A stretch of DNA of 47,204 nucleotides. It comes from an uncultured bacterium. GTDB lineage: Bacteria; Verrucomicrobiota; Kiritimatiellia; RFP12; UBA1067. Both the position numbers and the translations under genes were made by a program. How positions within the stretch are numbered: position 1 is the stretch's first letter; each line of letters opens with the position of its first letter. Where the stretch lies: positions 1 through 47,204 of the forward strand of contig CACYCL010000117.1 in the NCBI GenBank assembly GCA_902772905.1. Direction: 5' to 3'. The notes under the pieces are model-generated. The model did not search any database. It saw only the letters and a list, made by a program, of their open reading frames with translations, and was not told the origin of the DNA. Below, in pieces: positions 43,305 to 47,204 of the stretch.

Positions 43305-45452
43305 ATGAAAAGAATATCAACGACTATATTGACATCTATTACTGTAGGACTCTGCTTTGGCGACGTCTTCTATTGGCAAGGTGCCGGCTCGTGGAAGAGT
43401 TTTGACGACCCTGCGAACTGGTCGCTTAGCGCCGACTCGTACTTGAACGCAGATTCTCGCATCCCTGATGCAACGGATTCGCTCTGGGCGTTCGGGTATA
43501 CAAGTTACACGTACGGCTACTTTGACTTAAACGGTGGCACTTACACCATCAATGACTTCTCGCTTGGTGCCAAGGATGGGACGCGGTGGGTCTATTACTT
43601 CCTGTATGTCAGCAATGGCACGTTACGGGTAAACAATCCCAAGTTGCCGCCGGACATGTCTGGGCATTCGTCGAGTGCCATTACGCATGGTTATGATGTA
43701 AGAGAGGGCGGCACGGTCATATTTCCAGCTGGATATGGTACGCAAGCCGTGGGCATCAGCGGCGTGAGGGAATATTGGCGTGCGCGGAACGGCGGGCGGA
43801 TTGAAGTTGCTTCTGATGTCGTACAATGCCCAGCGAACAACAATCCACTGTGCGTCAATGTCTATAGTGGCGGCACAATCGACGTGCGTTGCGGTCAGCT
43901 GTATTCCTACGGAAAGTCTGGTGACCAGCTTTCTTTTGAAGTGGAGAATGGAGGAACGTTGCTGCTGCGGCCTGGTTCGCTTGATGCGGACAGAGGAGGT
44001 CTCAGGGCGACAGTCAAGTCAGGCGGAACGATGGTCTGGGATCCGCAGACATTTTCAATCCGAAACAACCGCACGGATGGCTCGTGGATCGAGAACAGCG
44101 GTACTCTTGTTGCTCCGCACGGCATCGTCTGGGGCGGAAGCGACCCTTGGAAGTCAACCAAGACGTTCGCCGTCACGAACAAGGCAGGACGTCTCGTTCT
44201 CGGTGGCAACTTCACCAAGACGCTTGTAGAGCGTGAGGGGCTTTGCCCGATGACGTTTGTCCTTGCCGGCGGTACGCTCGTAGGCTCAAATGACGTAGCC
44301 GTGTGTAACACAGCGGTATCGACCTTTGGCGCTCCCGTTTCGGCGACGATGACGGGGAACGCGACAGCGGAAGTTCTTCCGGACTCGTCGCTTGACATGA
44401 GTCTATTCACTTATTCATCTGGCGTGACGCTGACGAAAACTGGTGCCGGCACGCTTATCCTTGCGGATCGCCCGGCAAACGTGGTCGTTACGGACGGTAC
44501 GCTTAAGCTGTCGAATGCCGTAAACGGCCTTTCGGGCGTTACCGTGCAGAACGGCGCGACCATCATGTGTCCGTCTTTCGGGAGCGTGGTTGACGGCCTT
44601 GTGTTCAACGACGGCGCGAACTTCGCTGTGGACGCCGTCGCGTATCCTGTCGGTAGTGTGATTGCTCAGTCCTCAAACGAAACGCTTCTGGAGAAGATAT
44701 GCGCTTCAGTTGACGGTGGTCTGCCGGAAGGATTAAAAGCCATCGTAAAGAACGGACAGGTTACGATTGTCGATGACGATGGAAACATCTTTGAGGTCGA
44801 AGGCGAGGCCGATCTTTCCTCGGCAGGATGGAACGTCGGAAGTGTACCCATTGGCGAAGCCGTGAAGGTGTCGGGTGCTTCGACCGTCGGTATCGTCTCT
44901 TCCTCCACGCCGATGTTCGAATCCATCACCGTTCAGGGTGGGGCGACGCTGAAGATCGCCGATTCCGGCCTGGCGTTGCCTCCGCTTACGCTTGCCTATC
45001 CGGCGCGTCTTCTGTTGCCGAGCGGCGTGTCGCTTGCGCTGACGAACGGGCTGCTCTGCGTTGGCGACGAAAACGGTCTGCCGGTTCTTGAAGTCGCCAC
45101 GAACGCTGTCTGTACCGTGCCTCGCGGAACCCAGTTCAAGAATGTCGCGATAAAGCTCTATGGCGAAATCGGCGTGCCGCCGTTAAATGGAAACATCAAT
45201 GCCAACGAGGGCATCGCGTTTGGCTATGCGACGTCTGGCGAGACAACATATTTCGCAATGGAGTCTATCGGCGGAAACATCAATGTGTCCGGCAATACCG
45301 GCATAGGATCGACATACGGACTTGACTTCATGGTGGCAGAGGCTGCCTCGGGAAGCCTTGCCGCAGGGAGAACGGTCGCGCTTGGCGACATTCTGCTCAA
45401 GGATACGACTTTCAACGTGGCATCGTCCGCCAACCGCTACATCGGCAAATGA
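43305..45452 (+). CDS. secreted autotransporter-associated beta-strand-repeat protein, N-terminal part (ends at an in-frame TGA)
   Basis: AAGGAT RBS. Signal peptide MKRISTTILTSITVGLCFG. FYWQGAGSW...PANW opening. LTKTGAGTLILADRPANVVVTDGTLKL repeat. Stop TGA at 45450-45452. Confidence 0.75.
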   Translation: MKRISTTILTSITVGLCFGDVFYWQGAGSWKSFDDPANWSLSADSYLNADSRIPDATDSLWAFGYTSYTYGYFDLNGGTYTINDFSLGAKDGTRWVYYFLYVSNGTLRVNNPKLPPDMSGHSSSAITHGYDVREGGTVIFPAGYGTQAVGISGVREYWRARNGGRIEVASDVVQCPANNNPLCVNVYSGGTIDVRCGQLYSYGKSGDQLSFEVENGGTLLLRPGSLDADRGGLRATVKSGGTMVWDPQTFSIRNNRTDGSWIENSGTLVAPHGIVWGGSDPWKSTKTFAVTNKAGRLVLGGNFTKTLVEREGLCPMTFVLAGGTLVGSNDVAVCNTAVSTFGAPVSATMTGNATAEVLPDSSLDMSLFTYSSGVTLTKTGAGTLILADRPANVVVTDGTLKLSNAVNGLSGVTVQNGATIMCPSFGSVVDGLVFNDGANFAVDAVAYPVGSVIAQSSNETLLEKICASVDGGLPEGLKAIVKNGQVTIVDDDGNIFEVEGEADLSSAGWNVGSVPIGEAVKVSGASTVGIVSSSTPMFESITVQGGATLKIADSGLALPPLTLAYPARLLLPSGVSLALTNGLLCVGDENGLPVLEVATNAVCTVPRGTQFKNVAIKLYGEIGVPPLNGNINANEGIAFGYATSGETTYFAMESIGGNINVSGNTGIGSTYGLDFMVAEAASGSLAAGRTVALGDILLKDTTFNVASSANRYIGK

Positions 45453-45488
45453 TTTGGCGGAAACAATCCAGAAGACAGCGGGATACGA

Positions 45489-46574
45489 ATGGTGCTCGAC
45501 AACACGGTTCTGCCGATAGAGCGAATGAACGAATTCAGGGCCGGCACGATCATCTGCTGCAATGGCGGCAAGCTGCAACGCATCTCGACGCATCCCGGGA
45601 ACATGACGTCGCTTATCGTATCTCGCTATGCGAAACTTGTCTTCGAGGGCAAGGATTCTGGTTTGATTCTGCCGTATTCGGATGTGTCCACTCCGTTCTC
45701 GTTTGATTATTGGGGAGCAGGCAACTATTGGGATGCGAGCCACGACCAGCTGGTGTTCAGGGATGGTGCCGTGATGTCTGCCCACAAGTACTGGGGCGCA
45801 AAGCATTCCAACATTTCGTTCTCGAACGGCGTTTACCAGGTGGCGACGCTTCCGTTCTCCGACGGCAATCCAAGTCCGCCGAACGGCGACCCACGCAATT
45901 GGATGACGAACGCCTTCAACGAGGTCTATCAGGTGCGCATCGAGGCGGGCGGAAAGCTGTTCTTCCAGTCGGCGCACGTTCTGGGCGGAACGGAATGGGA
46001 TCGCTACATTACGCTTGCGAATCGAGCCATTACAGGCACAGGCGACTTCGTGATGACGAACGGTGTGCCAGGGCGCAGCTTCGCGGCGACCGTCGTAAGC
46101 GGTGGCAACAACGCGACAGGCTCCATCTCCGTTGCACCCTCCGTCGACCCGACGACGCTCTACTTCAACGACGGTGCGAACTGGGCGGGCACGGTCATTT
46201 CAGGGAACATAGCGCTGACGAATCTGGCAGCTGCTGCAAGCCCGGCAACCGTCACGTTCAAGACGCTTGACCTTCAGGGTGACTTCCCGATCCGTATCTG
46301 GAAGAACGGCGATGCGCTTGCCAACGACAAAGTGAACATCACTGCGACGCTCATAGGCAATGGCATTATCGTGCCAGTTCTTCAGAACGGAGTGCGGCTG
46401 AAGGGCGGCGAGACGTTTGAGCTGGGAACGTGTCCTGCGGGAGGCGTGGACGTGTCCGAACCGACTGCACACGTGAAGCGCAACTGGGTGCTTGTGACAG
46501 AGGATGCGGGCGACGGGAAGGTCAGGATGCTGCTTAGGTACGAGCCGAGAGGATTCGTCTTGCTTATTCGCTGA
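45489..46574 (+). CDS. C-terminal part of the same beta-strand-repeat protein (same frame as 43305..45452; no signal peptide of its own)
   Basis: The frame is open from 45453. First ATG at 45489, with no RBS or signal peptide. Ends GFVLLIR-stop, like the 552..3674 protein. Confidence 0.55.
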   Translation: MVLDNTVLPIERMNEFRAGTIICCNGGKLQRISTHPGNMTSLIVSRYAKLVFEGKDSGLILPYSDVSTPFSFDYWGAGNYWDASHDQLVFRDGAVMSAHKYWGAKHSNISFSNGVYQVATLPFSDGNPSPPNGDPRNWMTNAFNEVYQVRIEAGGKLFFQSAHVLGGTEWDRYITLANRAITGTGDFVMTNGVPGRSFAATVVSGGNNATGSISVAPSVDPTTLYFNDGANWAGTVISGNIALTNLAAAASPATVTFKTLDLQGDFPIRIWKNGDALANDKVNITATLIGNGIIVPVLQNGVRLKGGETFELGTCPAGGVDVSEPTAHVKRNWVLVTEDAGDGKVRMLLRYEPRGFVLLIR

Positions 46575-46598
46575 CAACAGACACGGTAGAATAATGCC

Positions 46599-47204
46599 AT
46601 GAAACGATTTGCTATTTCTGCCGCAGTTGCGGTTATGTCGTTTTGCGCTACGGCGAGAACTGTCACCATGATGACGTATAACGTGCAGATAGGCGCGGGA
46701 TTGAACGATCCGTACAACTTCCCGAAGGGAGGTCTTGGCCATCTGCCGCAAGTTGCTGCGCATATCCGCGAGGTGAATCCGGACTGGGTTGCGATACAGG
46801 AGATCGACTGCAACGTCGGACGCTCCGGATTCGTCGATCAGACGCAAGAACTCGCGAAGATGTGCGGCATGAAGGGAACGTTCTTTCCGAAGGCGCTGCG
46901 ATTCCCGAAACGTTTTGTTGATCCGAACAAGGCGACGGACGAAGAATACGCGAGCGGTTCCGCGTTCGGACTTGCGCTGCTCTCGAAGGAGGAGCCTCTG
47001 AGCGTGCGAAAGGTAATTGTACCTGGCTACTATCATCCACGCTGCATCGCGTTTGCGGAGTTCAAGGACTACGTTGTGGCCTGCACCCACTTCCCGCTGA
47101 AAGAGGAGCATGCCATAATCGCGGCGCGGGTGGCGCTGATGAATGTGGCCGACTATCACAAGCCCGTGTTCCTTGCCGGTGACTTCAATTTCGAAGTCGG
47201 ATCA
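46599..47204 (+). CDS. secreted endonuclease/exonuclease/phosphatase (EEP)-family protein, 3'-truncated by the window edge
   Basis: My own translation: MKRFAISAAVAVMSFCATA signal, MTYNVQ, WVAIQEID, LAGDFNF motifs. The frame is open through 47204. TAGAAT at 46587-46592 lies 6 nt before the ATG. Confidence 0.72.
   Translation, partial: MKRFAISAAVAVMSFCATARTVTMMTYNVQIGAGLNDPYNFPKGGLGHLPQVAAHIREVNPDWVAIQEIDCNVGRSGFVDQTQELAKMCGMKGTFFPKALRFPKRFVDPNKATDEEYASGSAFGLALLSKEEPLSVRKVIVPGYYHPRCIAFAEFKDYVVACTHFPLKEEHAIIAARVALMNVADYHKPVFLAGDFNFEVGS

Noticed and set aside
45450-45520. Selenocysteine insertion at the in-frame TGA.
   Set aside because: I could not find a convincing SECIS-like stem-loop in the 40 nt or so downstream. 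A Sec residue in a structural beta-strand-repeat adhesin has no functional rationale. It stays a minor alternative under the TGA finding.

Overview
High-GC bacterial chromosomal window. The gene content suggests the PVC superphylum (Lentisphaerota/Kiritimatiellota/Verrucomicrobiota-like), but that is inference only. All 35 genes I can support lie on the + strand, and most are tightly packed or overlap by 4 nt. Order: (1) a 550-bp non-coding region with two families of short direct repeats, a C8 tract and a sigma70-like promoter. (2) A 1040-aa secreted autotransporter-associated beta-strand-repeat protein. (3) A glycan-degradation cluster: two paralogous Tat-signal metallophosphoesterases, a CBM plus TIM-barrel glycosidase, and a secreted GH2 LacZ-like beta-galactosidase. 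(4) gpmI. (5) A translationally coupled exbB-exbD-TPR-VWA operon whose last gene has a TonB-like N-terminus but a VWA C-terminus. (6) A tandem-duplicated esterase, pfkA, a CapD/PglF-like dehydratase, a mannitol-dehydrogenase-family reductase, rlmB, an orphan OmpR-type response regulator, an ECF-like sigma factor, a Tat-lipoprotein Gfo/Idh/MocA oxidoreductase and nusB. (7) An EptA-like phosphoethanolamine transferase followed by a 12-gene, essentially gap-free exosortase/EpsI-headed polysaccharide operon: WecA-like fusion, ExuT-like MFS, GT52-like transferase, Wzx, GT2+GT4 fusion, GT32+GT-C-like fusion, GT4, methyltransferase, GT4. (8) A NagB-like deaminase. (9) A second giant beta-strand-repeat protein split by one in-frame TGA. 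(10) A partial endonuclease/exonuclease/phosphatase-family gene running off the right edge. No rRNA, tRNA, CRISPR array, transposase or integrase was recognised. The most interesting items: the exosortase locus has no PEP-CTERM cargo in view, but two adhesins share a short C-terminal motif; the ExbBD-TPR-VWA module; the 23-bp-periodic repeat array plus poly-C tract upstream of the first adhesin; twin identical leaderless-type promoter modules before the sigma factor and the exosortase; and the in-frame TGA.
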